Shown piece after piece: positions 52,759 to 62,328 of a stretch of 64,000 nt of DNA. This DNA is from an uncultured Bacteroidales bacterium (lineage in GTDB: Bacteria; Bacteroidota; Bacteroidia; Bacteroidales; Paludibacteraceae). The stretch lies in NCBI GenBank assembly GCA_934716995.1, contig CAKUYO010000010.1, positions 1,619-65,618 on the forward strand, in the 5' to 3' direction. How positions within the stretch are numbered: the first letter of the stretch is position 1; each line of letters starts with the position of its first letter. The notes under the pieces were generated by a model, which did no database searches, was not told the origin of the DNA, and was given only the letters and a program-made list of their open reading frames with translations. A program made the position numbers and the translations under genes.

Positions 52759-54144
52759 ATGAACAATATACAAAAACGGAACATTTTATTCTTTGTTCTT
52801 TGTTCCATATTCTTGGTCTCCTTGTCCTCTTGCGGTATCTACGGCAAGTATAAACCGGTGCAGGACATCGACTCCACGCTCTATGGCGACTTGGCTCTGT
52901 CCGACACCGCGCAGAGCCTCGGCAATCTCCCGTGGGACGCACTCTTTACCGACCCGCTCCTGCAAGACCTTATCCGCTATGCGCTCGACAGCAACCTCGA
53001 CCTGCGCATCGCCCGCGAGCATGTCCTGCAAGCAGAAGCGTCTCTCCGCGGAGCGCAACTTGCCTATCTGCCGTCTGTCAGCCTTGCCCCGCAAGGCGGT
53101 TTCTCGCCGCAGTACAGTATCAAACAAGGCACCTACGACCTCGTAGCCTCTGCCTCATGGGAGATAGACATCTTCGGGCGTACGCTCAACTCCCTCCGTG
53201 GTGCCAAAGCCGCCAAGCAGCAGGCACTCGACTATGAGCAGGCTTCCCGCTGCGGACTCATCGCCGGCGTGGCGAATGCCTACTATACACTCCTTATGCT
53301 CGATGCACAGTTGCAGACCGCCGAAGAGAACGAACAGACATGGGCAAAGACCATCAATACCATACGCCGAATGAAAGAGGCGGGTATGTCCGACGAAGCG
53401 GCGGTTACCCAGATGGAAGCCACCTACTATTCCATACAGACAATGGTGCTCGATTTCCGTCAGCAGATACGCCAGACCGAGAACGCGCTCTGCCTTATGC
53501 TCGGCACCACCTACCGCCCTGTCAAGCGCAGCACGCTCGATGCACAGGTCTTGCCGCAGGATATCGAGGTGGGAGTGCCGGCCCAACTGCTCTACAACCG
53601 CCCCGACGTACGCGCCGCGCAGCAGAATATGGCACGCGCTTTCTATGCCGCCAATCTCTCGCGCAGCAACTGCCTGCCCTCGCTCAACCTCAGCGGTATG
53701 TTCGGCTGGACGAACCATAGTTACAACACTATCATCGACCCGATGACCATGGTATCCAGTCTGGCTGCAAGTCTCGTTGTACCCCTGTTCAACTCGGAGC
53801 GCAACATTGCGCAGGTCAAGATGGCGAAGTCGCAGCAACAGGAAGCCCTGCTCACGTTCACGCAGACCGTCCTCTCGGCGGGTAACGAAGTGAATGACGC
53901 CCTCCATACCTACCAGACGGCGTATGCCAAATGCGAACTCTACGACAAGCAGGTGGAGGCGCTCAGCCGCGCACAACGCGCCACTGCACTCAAGATGCAG
54001 TACGGCAGCACCACCTATCTCGAAGTGCTGACCGCCCAAAACAGCCTCCTCACCGCCGAGTTCACCCGTATCAGCAACCGTATGGCTCTCCTCCAGTCCC
54101 TCGTCTCCCTCTACCACTCCCTCGGCGGCGGCAACGAGTATTGA
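52759..54144 (+). CDS. efflux outer-membrane factor lipoprotein (TolC/NodT family)
   Basis: MNNIQKRNILFFVLCSIFLVSLSSCG lipobox and two OEP repeats. Start at the ATG at 52759. Confidence 0.9.
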   Translation: MNNIQKRNILFFVLCSIFLVSLSSCGIYGKYKPVQDIDSTLYGDLALSDTAQSLGNLPWDALFTDPLLQDLIRYALDSNLDLRIAREHVLQAEASLRGAQLAYLPSVSLAPQGGFSPQYSIKQGTYDLVASASWEIDIFGRTLNSLRGAKAAKQQALDYEQASRCGLIAGVANAYYTLLMLDAQLQTAEENEQTWAKTINTIRRMKEAGMSDEAAVTQMEATYYSIQTMVLDFRQQIRQTENALCLMLGTTYRPVKRSTLDAQVLPQDIEVGVPAQLLYNRPDVRAAQQNMARAFYAANLSRSNCLPSLNLSGMFGWTNHSYNTIIDPMTMVSSLAASLVVPLFNSERNIAQVKMAKSQQQEALLTFTQTVLSAGNEVNDALHTYQTAYAKCELYDKQVEALSRAQRATALKMQYGSTTYLEVLTAQNSLLTAEFTRISNRMALLQSLVSLYHSLGGGNEY

Positions 54145-54170
54145 TTCCTGCATCCACAAAATATAATTTA

Positions 54171-54219
54171 CCCCAAGCCCGCAGTCAATGATTTGGGTTC
54201 ATTGACTGCGGGCTTGGGG
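54171..54219. terminator. 21-bp perfect-stem hairpin between convergent genes
   Basis: ccccaagcccgcagtcaatga - tttgggt - tcattgactgcgggcttgggg. Confidence 0.7.
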
Positions 54220-54246
54220 CTTGAAAGGCTGTTGTCTGTCTCTATC

Positions 54247-55005
54247 CTACCCTTTCGGCACAAGCAGTATGCTTACCTCGTAGAGCTGGTATATCGGTAC
54301 GGAGACGAGCAACAGCGTAAACACGTCTGTGGTGGGGGTGATGACGGCGGCAAGAATGAGTATCACCACTATCACGTGGCGGCGGTAACGGTGCATCAGC
54401 GGGGCGGTCAGCAGTCCCATGCGTCCGAGCGTCCAACAGACGATCGGCACCTCGAACAGCAGCCCCATCAGCAGTGCCAGCGTCCAGAAAGTGGACATAT
54501 ACGACTGCAACGTAATCTTGTTCGCCACCTCTCCGCTGACCTGATACGTACCCAGGAAACGAAAGGCAAAGGGGAAAATAACGCAATAGGACAACGCCAC
54601 GCCCGCCATAAACAGCAGATACCCCCACCCTACAAGGCGATAGACGTAGTGTTTCTCGCGGGTGTACAACGCAGGGGCGACAAACCGCAGCAGCGCATAC
54701 AGGACATACGGCGAGGCGCACAGCAGTCCCACATAGCAGGCAGTCTTGATATGGATAGTGAACTGGTCTGCCAGCCCCGTGTTGATTATCTCAATGGCTG
54801 CCGCAGGAAACGCCATATCGGGCATAATGCGTGCCAGCAGACGGTAAAGAAAAAAGTCGGGACTGTTAGGCGCAAGCAGCAGCGCAAACAGACCGTCCTT
54901 GAAGCAGAACGCCGCCACTGCGCACACCAGCACCACAACGGCTATGCGCACAAGCACACCGCGCAGCACGTCGAGATGTTCCCAAAACGACATCTGTTGC
55001 TCCAT
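54247..55005 (-). CDS. tatC: twin-arginine translocase subunit TatC
   Basis: MSFWEHLDVLR... and a 6-TM profile. Confidence 0.9.
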   Translation of the reverse strand: MEQQMSFWEHLDVLRGVLVRIAVVVLVCAVAAFCFKDGLFALLLAPNSPDFFLYRLLARIMPDMAFPAAAIEIINTGLADQFTIHIKTACYVGLLCASPYVLYALLRFVAPALYTREKHYVYRLVGWGYLLFMAGVALSYCVIFPFAFRFLGTYQVSGEVANKITLQSYMSTFWTLALLMGLLFEVPIVCWTLGRMGLLTAPLMHRYRRHVIVVILILAAVITPTTDVFTLLLVSVPIYQLYEVSILLVPKG

Positions 55006-55016
55006 ATCGGGCGGGG

Positions 55017-55247
55017 TTAGTCTTGCTTGGCGGTTTCCTTGTCCTCCTGTTTGGGGCTTTCCGTCTTGGCGTCGCTCTTAGTCGGGTCGGCTTTCTCCAC
55101 CTCGTCCTTGATGTCGTTCATTCCGTCTTTGAAACTGCGCACGCCTTTGCCCAAACCGCGCATCAGTTCGGGTATCTTCTTGCCGCCGAAGAACAGCAGC
55201 ACAATGAGTGCGATAAAAATGATTTCGGGTAATCCTATTCCAAACAT
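55017..55247 (-). CDS. tatA: twin-arginine translocase subunit TatA/E
   Basis: [40 protein letters not shown]. Start at 55247, not track 55622. Confidence 0.88.
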   Translation of the reverse strand: MFGIGLPEIIFIALIVLLFFGGKKIPELMRGLGKGVRSFKDGMNDIKDEVEKADPTKSDAKTESPKQEDKETAKQD

Positions 55248-55284
55248 ATTGTTAAAGGGTTGATGGTTAAAAAATCGATAGTTG

Positions 55285-56682
55285 CTACAGTGTGCCTTGT
55301 TTGAGTTGCTCGACGTAGCGGTCGATGCGGTGCATCTCATCGGGGATTTGGATGTTCTGCGGGCAATGCTCCACACATTGGCGGCAACCGATACAATGGT
55401 TCGCCTGGCGCAACTTGGGCACGGAACGGTCGTAGCCCACAAGGAAAGCACGGCGGGCACGACGGTACTCGGGGTCTTGCGACCGCTGCGGGAGGTTACC
55501 CTCGTTGATACAGCGGTTGTAGTGCGAGAATACGGCGGGGATATTGATACCATACGGGCAGGGCATACAGTAGTTGCACTCGTTGCAGGGTATGGTCTTG
55601 AGGTTGTAGATGTCGTCGGCAATCTGCATCAGGAAGGCGTCTTCGTCGGGCGTAACAGGGCGCAGGGGCGAATAGGTATGCAGGTTCTCGCGGAGATGCT
55701 CCATATAGGTCATACCGCTCAGGACGGTCAGCACACCCTCGGGCGTACCCGCGAAACGGAACGCCCACGACGCCACCGACTGCTCGGGTTCGCGGCTCTT
55801 CATCTTGGCGACGATATAATCGGGCACACGCGCCAGCCGTCCGCCGAGGAGCGGCTCCATAATAACCGCCGGGATACCGCGTTTGTGCAGTTCGCCGTAG
55901 AGATACTCGGCATCGGTGTTGCGCGGGTTGATTTCGTTGGCGTAGTGCCAGTCGAGGTAGTTGAGTTCGATTTGCACGAAGTCCCAATGGTACTTGCCCT
56001 CGTCGTGCCAGCGCAAGGCAAGGTCGAAGACGCGTATGTCGCCATGGTAGGAGAAACCGAGGTTGCGGATACGCCCTTTGCGCTTCTGCTCCACGAGCCA
56101 GTTGAGGATACCGTTGTCGATATAGCGTTGGTAGAACTCGTCCATCGGTTTCTGCCCGATGCCGATACCGTGGAGCAGGAGATAGTCCACATAGTCGGTC
56201 TTGAGTTCGCGGAGCGAGTTCTCGAACATCTCCTGCGAGGCGCGGCGGCTCCATGTGGTGGGGCTGAAGTTGGAGAGTTTGGTGGCGATGAAATAGGACG
56301 ACCGCGGGTGGCGGCTGAGGGCTATACCCGTGGCACGCTCGGAACGCCCCTGACAATAGGCGGGCGATGTATCGAAATAGTTCACGCCGTGCGCCAGGGC
56401 ATAGTCCACCTGACGGTTGACCATCTCCTGGTCGATAGGCGCATCGCTGTTCTCGCGTCCGCTCGCCCCGCCCTCTACGGGCAGGCGCATCATACCGTAG
56501 CCAAGGAGCGAGACACGGTCGCCCGTGTTGGGATTGGTGCGGTAGGTCATTTGGCTACCGTCGGGTTCGCGGCTTTCGGCGGGTGTCTGCCCGTCAGTAT
56601 TGCGACCGGTGCAGGCACTGAGCAAGGCGGACGAAGCGAGTGCCCTGCCGCCTATGGTCTTAAAGAAATCTCGTCTGTTCAT
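55285..56682 (-). CDS. Tat-exported aldo/keto reductase with C-terminal 4Fe-4S motifs
   Basis: Tat signal [24 protein letters not shown], which also contains a lipobox. AKR core [12 protein letters not shown]. Cys motifs [11 protein letters not shown] and [12 protein letters not shown]. Confidence 0.85.
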   Translation of the reverse strand: MNRRDFFKTIGGRALASSALLSACTGRNTDGQTPAESREPDGSQMTYRTNPNTGDRVSLLGYGMMRLPVEGGASGRENSDAPIDQEMVNRQVDYALAHGVNYFDTSPAYCQGRSERATGIALSRHPRSSYFIATKLSNFSPTTWSRRASQEMFENSLRELKTDYVDYLLLHGIGIGQKPMDEFYQRYIDNGILNWLVEQKRKGRIRNLGFSYHGDIRVFDLALRWHDEGKYHWDFVQIELNYLDWHYANEINPRNTDAEYLYGELHKRGIPAVIMEPLLGGRLARVPDYIVAKMKSREPEQSVASWAFRFAGTPEGVLTVLSGMTYMEHLRENLHTYSPLRPVTPDEDAFLMQIADDIYNLKTIPCNECNYCMPCPYGINIPAVFSHYNRCINEGNLPQRSQDPEYRRARRAFLVGYDRSVPKLRQANHCIGCRQCVEHCPQNIQIPDEMHRIDRYVEQLKQGTL

Positions 56683-56692
56683 AGTCTTGCTG

Positions 56693-58183
56693 CTAAATGG
56701 TCCGGTGTACTTCGTTGCCCTCCACGTAGATAGCACTGAACGGGCGTGCGGGGCAGAGGTTCTCGCAGGCACCGCAACCGATACAGCGCTCGGTATTGAC
56801 GGACGGCACGGCGTGGGCGTAGCCGTCGATATGCACCATCGTGATAGCCCCCGACGGGCAGTGGCGGGCGCAGTTGCCGCATTCTACATCGTCGGTAAGC
56901 GGCACACAGTTCTTGCGCACCCATACGGCGTGCCCTATCTGCGTGGCGGACTTGTCCTCGCGGGTGATAGGACGGATAGCCCCTGCGGGGCAGACCTCGC
57001 TGCAACGGGTGCACTCGGGGCGGCAGTAGCCGCGTTCGTAGGACATCACGGGTTGCATCAGCGTAAGCATATCCTGCGAAGGGCGCAGCACGTCATTCGG
57101 GCAGGCGGAGACGCAGAGTTGGCAGGCGGTGCAGTGCTTTGCCATATTCTTTGCCGAGAGCGACCCGGGCGGGGTGACAGGCGTGAGACGCTTGGGGGCG
57201 ACCTTGTCCTCTATGACAGCCAGACCGCCGTCAATCTTTTTCTTCTCCTGCGCCAAGGCGGCAGCAGACGTGGCGATAGCCGCACCGACCAGGAAACTGC
57301 GGCGGGAAGTATCCGCCGGTTCCGTGCTTTTTTGGGGCGTGTCCGCAGGCTGTTTGCGCAGTGGGGTATGCGTGTAGCGGAGCGCATCGTGGCGGCATTT
57401 GTCCAGGCAGTTGCCGCACGTGACGCAACGCGAATAGTCGATGGTATGATTGGTGGCATCAATACAAGCCGCCTTGCAACTGCGCTCGCAGAGGTGGCAG
57501 CCGTTGCATTTGTCGGTATCGATATGCACTTTGAACCACGAGAAACGCGCCAGAAAACTGAGCATGGTGCCGACAGGGCAGATGGTGTTGCAGTAGGTGC
57601 GCCCGTTGCGCCAGGCAAGGACGAACAGCACCACGAGAGTGGTCAGCGCGACGCCGAAAGTAACCCAACTGCGCACCCATACTTCTTTGTCATAGACGGC
57701 GTAACTGCCCGCACGCCCGGCGAGGTAGGCGATGCTGTTGTTCGCCCAGTCGTAGAGGGGCATCAGGAGGTTCTGCACCATACGTCCGTAGGCACTGTAC
57801 GGCGCAAGCAATGCCACGAAAGAGCCCACGCCCGCTATCATCGCCACGATGAAGAGTGCCAGCACGGTATAGCGCAGCCACGACTTGGCGGGGGAATAGG
57901 AGAAACGGTATTTCTTTTTCTTGCGCAGCCCGCTGAACCACGAGATGATGTCCTGGAAGATACCGAGAGGACAAATAACCGAGCAATAGACACGCCCGAA
58001 TACGAGCGTGAGCAACACTAACGCCACCACCACGCCCACATTGAGCGACAAGAGGGCGGGCAGGAACTGTATCTTGGCGAGCCAGCCGAACCAGCGGTGC
58101 AACGTGCCGGTATAGTCCAGAAACAGGGCGGTCAGCAGCACAAAGACGATGGCGGCAAGGGCAATACGTATCTTGCGGAACAT
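56693..58183 (-). CDS. membrane polyferredoxin, NapH-like N-half fused to NapG-like C-half
   Basis: Two CxxCP motifs in TM regions (RVYCSVICPLG, RTYCNTICPVG). Two cluster motifs (CNGCHLCERSC, CVTCGNCLDKC). An internal SRRSFLVGAAIATSAAALA segment. Four further cluster motifs (CTACQLCVSACP, CTRCSEVCP, CGNCARHCP, CIGCGACENLCP). Confidence 0.8.
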   Translation of the reverse strand: MFRKIRIALAAIVFVLLTALFLDYTGTLHRWFGWLAKIQFLPALLSLNVGVVVALVLLTLVFGRVYCSVICPLGIFQDIISWFSGLRKKKKYRFSYSPAKSWLRYTVLALFIVAMIAGVGSFVALLAPYSAYGRMVQNLLMPLYDWANNSIAYLAGRAGSYAVYDKEVWVRSWVTFGVALTTLVVLFVLAWRNGRTYCNTICPVGTMLSFLARFSWFKVHIDTDKCNGCHLCERSCKAACIDATNHTIDYSRCVTCGNCLDKCRHDALRYTHTPLRKQPADTPQKSTEPADTSRRSFLVGAAIATSAAALAQEKKKIDGGLAVIEDKVAPKRLTPVTPPGSLSAKNMAKHCTACQLCVSACPNDVLRPSQDMLTLMQPVMSYERGYCRPECTRCSEVCPAGAIRPITREDKSATQIGHAVWVRKNCVPLTDDVECGNCARHCPSGAITMVHIDGYAHAVPSVNTERCIGCGACENLCPARPFSAIYVEGNEVHRTI

Positions 58184-58254
58184 TTGTCTTAATTCTTAAA
58201 TTAATGGTTCGATTATATGGTTAATTATATGTTTCAAAATTCACGTCTAATTAT

Positions 58255-58268
58255 ACGTTAATTAACGT
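58255..58268. promoter_or_regulatory. 14-bp perfect palindrome ACGTTAATTAACGT, copy 1
   Basis: 72-85 nt upstream of the polyferredoxin start. Identical copies lie at 58403-58416 and 58606-58619. Confidence 0.45.
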
Positions 58269-58299
58269 TTGTTCAATGTAAGCAATTTGTCTTACTTTG

Positions 58300-58384
58300 C
58301 CGCCATAGGCGAATAAGATTTATGGCAATTTATGGATGTAAAAACAAAGATTTACTTAGATTTCTTGCCGCTTTGCGGCAAAGG
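58300..58384 (-). repeat. 84-bp dispersed element, copy B
   Basis: Reverse complement of 28384-28467, with 3 substitutions and 1 indel. Confidence 0.9.
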
Positions 58385-58402
58385 AGTCTTTATCTCGAAC
58401 TC

Positions 58403-58416
58403 ACGTTAATTAACGT
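58403..58416. promoter_or_regulatory. palindrome ACGTTAATTAACGT, copy 2
   Basis: Flank tcgaactc is shared with copy 3 (tcaaactc). Confidence 0.4.
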
Positions 58417-58605
58417 CAGTTCTATATAATGTGGAAATGTAAAATTTTATGGTTAATTTATGGTTATACAGCGTAACCATCCGTTCAATATAGCCCCGAT
58501 AATGCCGTTTGGTGGTCAATTTAATGGCTATTATGCTGTTATCTGTTGTTTAATAGTTGTTGTCAGTTGTTGACCACAAAAGTCTCTTTCTGTTATATCA
58601 AACTC

Positions 58606-58619
58606 ACGTTAATTAACGT
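58606..58619. promoter_or_regulatory. palindrome ACGTTAATTAACGT, copy 3 (overlaps stop codon of 58613-60034)
   Basis: The 21-mer acgttaattaacgtttgttca is shared with copy 1. Confidence 0.4.
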
Positions 58620-60034
58620 TTGTTCATCGATTCCACAAAGGCATTCACTATGGGCAGGCACTCGGCAGGGTCAGTAATGCCATGCAGACGTTGCTCGATA
58701 GGGCACTCGCCCGTGTGGTCGCGGTTGGGGATATAGTCAAGTACCTCGTGGTACTGCACATCGATACCCGCAGCGCGGAGCATATCAATCGCCTCTTGCG
58801 AGATTGCCTCGGTGGTAACATATTTCACACCGCCGGCAATCATCAGTGCCGCTGCGCCTTTGCCGATAATCTTGTCCGCCACGGCAGCCCCTTGCAATGT
58901 GCGTGAGTTCTGCAAGTCGTACAGGTCGCGCACACCGTGTTGGGTGTAGGTGGTCTGCTCGCCGCGGTTGCGCACCACCAGCGAGAGTTGGTTCTCCTTC
59001 AGGTAGTTGAGCATATCTTCGCCGTCGATGCTGACCAATCGGTAATTACGGGTGCCGAGACCAATCTCTGCCGCACGCTCAATGGTACGGATGCCGTGGC
59101 GCGAATTGATACGCTCGATGAGCGCCGCAGCGTTGTCGTCCTCGGTGGACGGGTAGTTGAATACCAGATCCACGCACGCCTGGTCAAGTGCCACGGGGTC
59201 AAGCGAGGCAAGGATACCGACATTCTTCATCTCGGGGTCGGCGGGGTGGTTGCTGCAGTCGCAATCCACAGAGAGGTTGTTCATCACGTTGATATACACT
59301 GTGCGGACACAGTCGGTACCGAGTTCGCGGTTCTTGGTTACATTGAAGTACTGATGCACACCGTCGGCAGCCGAAGCCATCGACTCGAGGAACTCATCCT
59401 GTTTGGCTTTTGTCCAGAACTGCCCCTCGGGTTTTTCCAATTCGCCGGCGGTATGGATATACACTTTGCCGTTACTCGAGGCGAAGCCGATACTCTGGTT
59501 CTTCAGCACGCCGCCGAAGCCGCCTGCGGTATGCCCTTTGAAATGGGCGAGGTTAATAAGGAAATCATAGTTCCGGATATGCGAACCGACAAGGTCGTAT
59601 TTGATGTGTGCGGTGTCGCGAACAGGGATTTTTATCTCACCGTCGGCATCCAGAATATCGCACGGGGCGATGGCTGCCCAGCCGTGGTCAACCAGCACCT
59701 GTTTGTGGGTCTCGGTTTGGAAACGCGGTCCCTGGTATGCCACGTTGCACTCCACAATCGTGCCTTGCACCCTGTCCACCAACGGCTTGACCAACTGCGG
59801 GTTGAGGAAGTTATGCCCGCCCGGCTCGCCCGTGGAGACCTTTACTGCCACTTTGCCTTGCGGCTCCACCCCGAGGGCTTGGAAGATGCGCACAAGCGAC
59901 TCTTGCGAAATCTCCTGTGTCATATAGACGGTTGCTGTGTCCTGCACAGGTGCAAAGGTCTGTGTCTGTGTCCGGTTGCTGTGGCACGCGCTCATCGTCG
60001 CCGCCGCCAAAAGGAAAAGAAATACCTTTTTCAT
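58613..60034 (-). CDS. exported lipoprotein, DUF362-like N-domain plus DUF1893/TM1506-like C-domain
   Basis: Lipobox MKKVFLFLLAAATMSAC. The N-terminal ~300 aa resemble DUF362 (VKVSTGEPGGHNFL...ECNVAY...). The C-terminal ~140 aa (ADKIIGKGAAALMIAGGVKYV...) resemble DUF1893. Domain calls are from memory. Confidence 0.55.
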   Translation of the reverse strand: MKKVFLFLLAAATMSACHSNRTQTQTFAPVQDTATVYMTQEISQESLVRIFQALGVEPQGKVAVKVSTGEPGGHNFLNPQLVKPLVDRVQGTIVECNVAYQGPRFQTETHKQVLVDHGWAAIAPCDILDADGEIKIPVRDTAHIKYDLVGSHIRNYDFLINLAHFKGHTAGGFGGVLKNQSIGFASSNGKVYIHTAGELEKPEGQFWTKAKQDEFLESMASAADGVHQYFNVTKNRELGTDCVRTVYINVMNNLSVDCDCSNHPADPEMKNVGILASLDPVALDQACVDLVFNYPSTEDDNAAALIERINSRHGIRTIERAAEIGLGTRNYRLVSIDGEDMLNYLKENQLSLVVRNRGEQTTYTQHGVRDLYDLQNSRTLQGAAVADKIIGKGAAALMIAGGVKYVTTEAISQEAIDMLRAAGIDVQYHEVLDYIPNRDHTGECPIEQRLHGITDPAECLPIVNAFVESMNKR

Positions 60035-60040
60035 ATAAGT

Positions 60041-60070
60041 ATGAATTAAGAATGATGAATTACGAATGAC
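60041..60070 (+). repeat. gaatgatgaatta-word array
   Basis: atgaattaagaatgatgaattacgaatgac lies directly upstream of the gene start at 60034. Confidence 0.85.
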
Positions 60071-60091
60071 TTTCCGGCGCGAAATTACAAC

Positions 60092-60151
60092 AAAAAACAG
60101 AAACTTGCAACCCCTTACCGAAAGACAGGTAAATCGGGTACAAGTTTCTGT
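60092..60151 (-). terminator. intrinsic terminator after thrS
   Basis: 11-bp stem acagaaacttg/caagtttctgt with a nested hairpin ttacc/ggtaa. The plus-strand A6 run is a T-run after the hairpin on the minus strand. Confidence 0.7.
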
Positions 60152-60186
60152 AATTTAGGTAGCCCGTTACGGGCAAATACATCTTG

Positions 60187-62175
60187 TCAATAAGCGTTCA
60201 TTTGTGCTTTGACAGTGGAGTTGATAAAGTCTGCGAACTCCTGAACGGTCATCTGACCTTTGTCCTCCGCCCCCTGCTGGCGGACGCTGACGAGACCTTG
60301 TTCCGCCTCTTTCTCGCCCACAACCAGCATGAACGGAATACGCTTCAACTCGTTGTCGCGGATCTTGCGTCCGAGTTTCTCGTTGCGGTCATCCACTACG
60401 ACACGCACATCCTGTGCCTCGAGCATCTCCTTCACTTTCCAAGCATAGTCGTTGCTTTTCTCGGAGATAGGCAATACCACAGCCTGGTCGGGCGTGAGCC
60501 ACAACGGGAACTTACCCGCAGTATGCTCAATCAGCACAGCCACAAAACGCTCCATAGAGCCGAACGGTGCACGATGGATCATCACAGGGCGGTGCTTCTG
60601 GTTGTCCTCGCCCGTGTATTCCAACTCGAAGCGCTCAGGCAGGTTGTAGTCCACCTGGATAGTACCCAACTGCCAACGGCGACCGATAGCGTCTTTGACC
60701 ATGAAGTCGAGTTTCGGTCCGTAGAAAGCCGCCTCTCCGTACTCCACCTTGGCAGGCAGGTTCTTCTCGCGACAAGCCTCGATAATGGCGTTCTCCGCCT
60801 TCTCCCACACCTCGTCGCTACCGACATACTTGGTGGTATTCTTCGGGTCGCGAAGCGAGATCTGCGCTTCGAAGTTCTTGAAATCCAATGCCTTGAAGAT
60901 AATCTCGATAATCTCCATCACGCGGATAAACTCGTCCTTCACCTGGTCGGGGCGGCAGAAGATATGGGCATCGTCCTGCGTAAACGAGCGCACACGCGTC
61001 AGTCCGTGCAACTCGCCCGATTGCTCATAGCGATAGACGGTACCGAACTCGGCACAGCGGAAAGGCAGGTCTTTGTAACTGCGTGGGCTGTTCTTGTAGA
61101 TAGCACAGTGGTGGGGGCAGTTCATCGGCTTGAGCAGATAAACCTCGCCCTCCTCGGGAGTGGTGATAGGCTGGAACGAGTCCTTGCCGTAGTGATCCCA
61201 GTGTCCGGAGGTTACATACAGTTGCTTGCTACCGATATGCGGGGTGATAACCTGCTGATAGCCATAGCGTTTCTGTATCTTCTTGAGGAAGTCCTCCAGG
61301 CGCAGGCGCAATGCCGTACCTTTGGGCAGCCAGATAGGAAGACCTTTGCCCACCATATCGGAGAACATAAAGAGTTCCAACTCTTTGCCAATCTTGCGGT
61401 GGTCGCGTTTCTTGGCTTCTTCGAGGAGAGCCAGGTATTCGTCCAGCATGGCTTTTTTCGGGAACGAGATACCGTAGATACGCGTCATCATCGGGCGTTT
61501 CTCGTCGCCGCGCCAGTAGGCAGCCGCGCAACTGAGTACTTTTACCGCCTTGATAGGCTCGGTTGAGAGAAGGTGCGGACCTTTGCAGAGGTCAGTGAAC
61601 GCCCCCTGTGTATAAGTGGTGATGTGTCCGTCTTCGAGGTCGGAGATGAGTTCGCACTTGTAGATCTGCCCTTTGTCGCCGAACTCTTTGAGTGCGTCCG
61701 CCTTGGAGATACTATTCTTGACAAGATGCTCTTTGCGGTTGCGCAGTTCCATCATCTTCTGCTCGATAGCGGGGAAATCACTCTCTTTGATAGTCTGCCC
61801 TTCGGCGGGATAGACATCGTAGTAGAAACCGTTTTCGATAGCGGGACCAATACCGAACTGGATACCGGGGTACAGTTCCTGCAAAGCCTCTGCCATCAAG
61901 TGGCTTGAGGTGTGCCAGAAAGCGTGCTTGGCCTCGGCGTCATCCCATTTGTGGAGACGGATCCGGCTGTCTTCGGTGATAGGGGTATTGAGTTCCACAA
62001 TACTCCACCCTTCGCCCTGCTCCTCAATGGTCTCGGGTTGGTTGGTAATAGGTTTGATACTTGCCACAAGGATGTCTTGCGCCAAACGACTGCTGATACT
62101 TTCAGCCACTTGGAGGGGCGTAACGCCGCTCTCATACTCGCGGACACTACCGTCCGGGAACGAAATTTTAATCAT
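60187..62175 (-). CDS. thrS: threonine--tRNA ligase
   Basis: TGS N-terminus [17 protein letters not shown], editing-site [10 protein letters not shown], and a class II core with an anticodon domain. Start at 62175. Confidence 0.97.
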   Translation of the reverse strand: MIKISFPDGSVREYESGVTPLQVAESISSRLAQDILVASIKPITNQPETIEEQGEGWSIVELNTPITEDSRIRLHKWDDAEAKHAFWHTSSHLMAEALQELYPGIQFGIGPAIENGFYYDVYPAEGQTIKESDFPAIEQKMMELRNRKEHLVKNSISKADALKEFGDKGQIYKCELISDLEDGHITTYTQGAFTDLCKGPHLLSTEPIKAVKVLSCAAAYWRGDEKRPMMTRIYGISFPKKAMLDEYLALLEEAKKRDHRKIGKELELFMFSDMVGKGLPIWLPKGTALRLRLEDFLKKIQKRYGYQQVITPHIGSKQLYVTSGHWDHYGKDSFQPITTPEEGEVYLLKPMNCPHHCAIYKNSPRSYKDLPFRCAEFGTVYRYEQSGELHGLTRVRSFTQDDAHIFCRPDQVKDEFIRVMEIIEIIFKALDFKNFEAQISLRDPKNTTKYVGSDEVWEKAENAIIEACREKNLPAKVEYGEAAFYGPKLDFMVKDAIGRRWQLGTIQVDYNLPERFELEYTGEDNQKHRPVMIHRAPFGSMERFVAVLIEHTAGKFPLWLTPDQAVVLPISEKSNDYAWKVKEMLEAQDVRVVVDDRNEKLGRKIRDNELKRIPFMLVVGEKEAEQGLVSVRQQGAEDKGQMTVQEFADFINSTVKAQMNAY

Positions 62176-62235
62176 AATAAACGTACAAATGTTTACGGCT
62201 CGGGGCGAACAAATGCCCTTTCGCCAATTCGGGGA

Positions 62236-62243
62236 CAAAGGTA
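62236..62243 (-). promoter_or_regulatory. -7 box (tacctttg on minus strand)
   Basis: About 60 nt upstream of the thrS ATG. The leader contains the hairpin ggcgaa...ttcgcc. Confidence 0.5.
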
Positions 62244-62328
62244 CTGCTTTTTTTACATATACGCAATACCACCAAAAAACGGAGTTACAGATTAAAGCAT
62301 CCCTTCCCTATCGTTATGCCGTCAGGTC

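Noticed and set aside
58203-58216. A tRNA-like T-arm string (ggttcgatt).
   Set aside because: There is no matching acceptor stem, anticodon arm or GTTCGAATCC-type context. The string lies in a word-repeat region.
28384-58384. The two inverted 84-bp copies as the ends of a 30-kb invertible or mobile segment.
   Set aside because: The enclosed DNA is housekeeping (kdsB, deoD, yidC, trpS, EF-G paralogue, RND efflux, tatAC) with native composition. I see no recombinase or target-site duplications. Inversion by homologous recombination is possible, but nothing here supports it.
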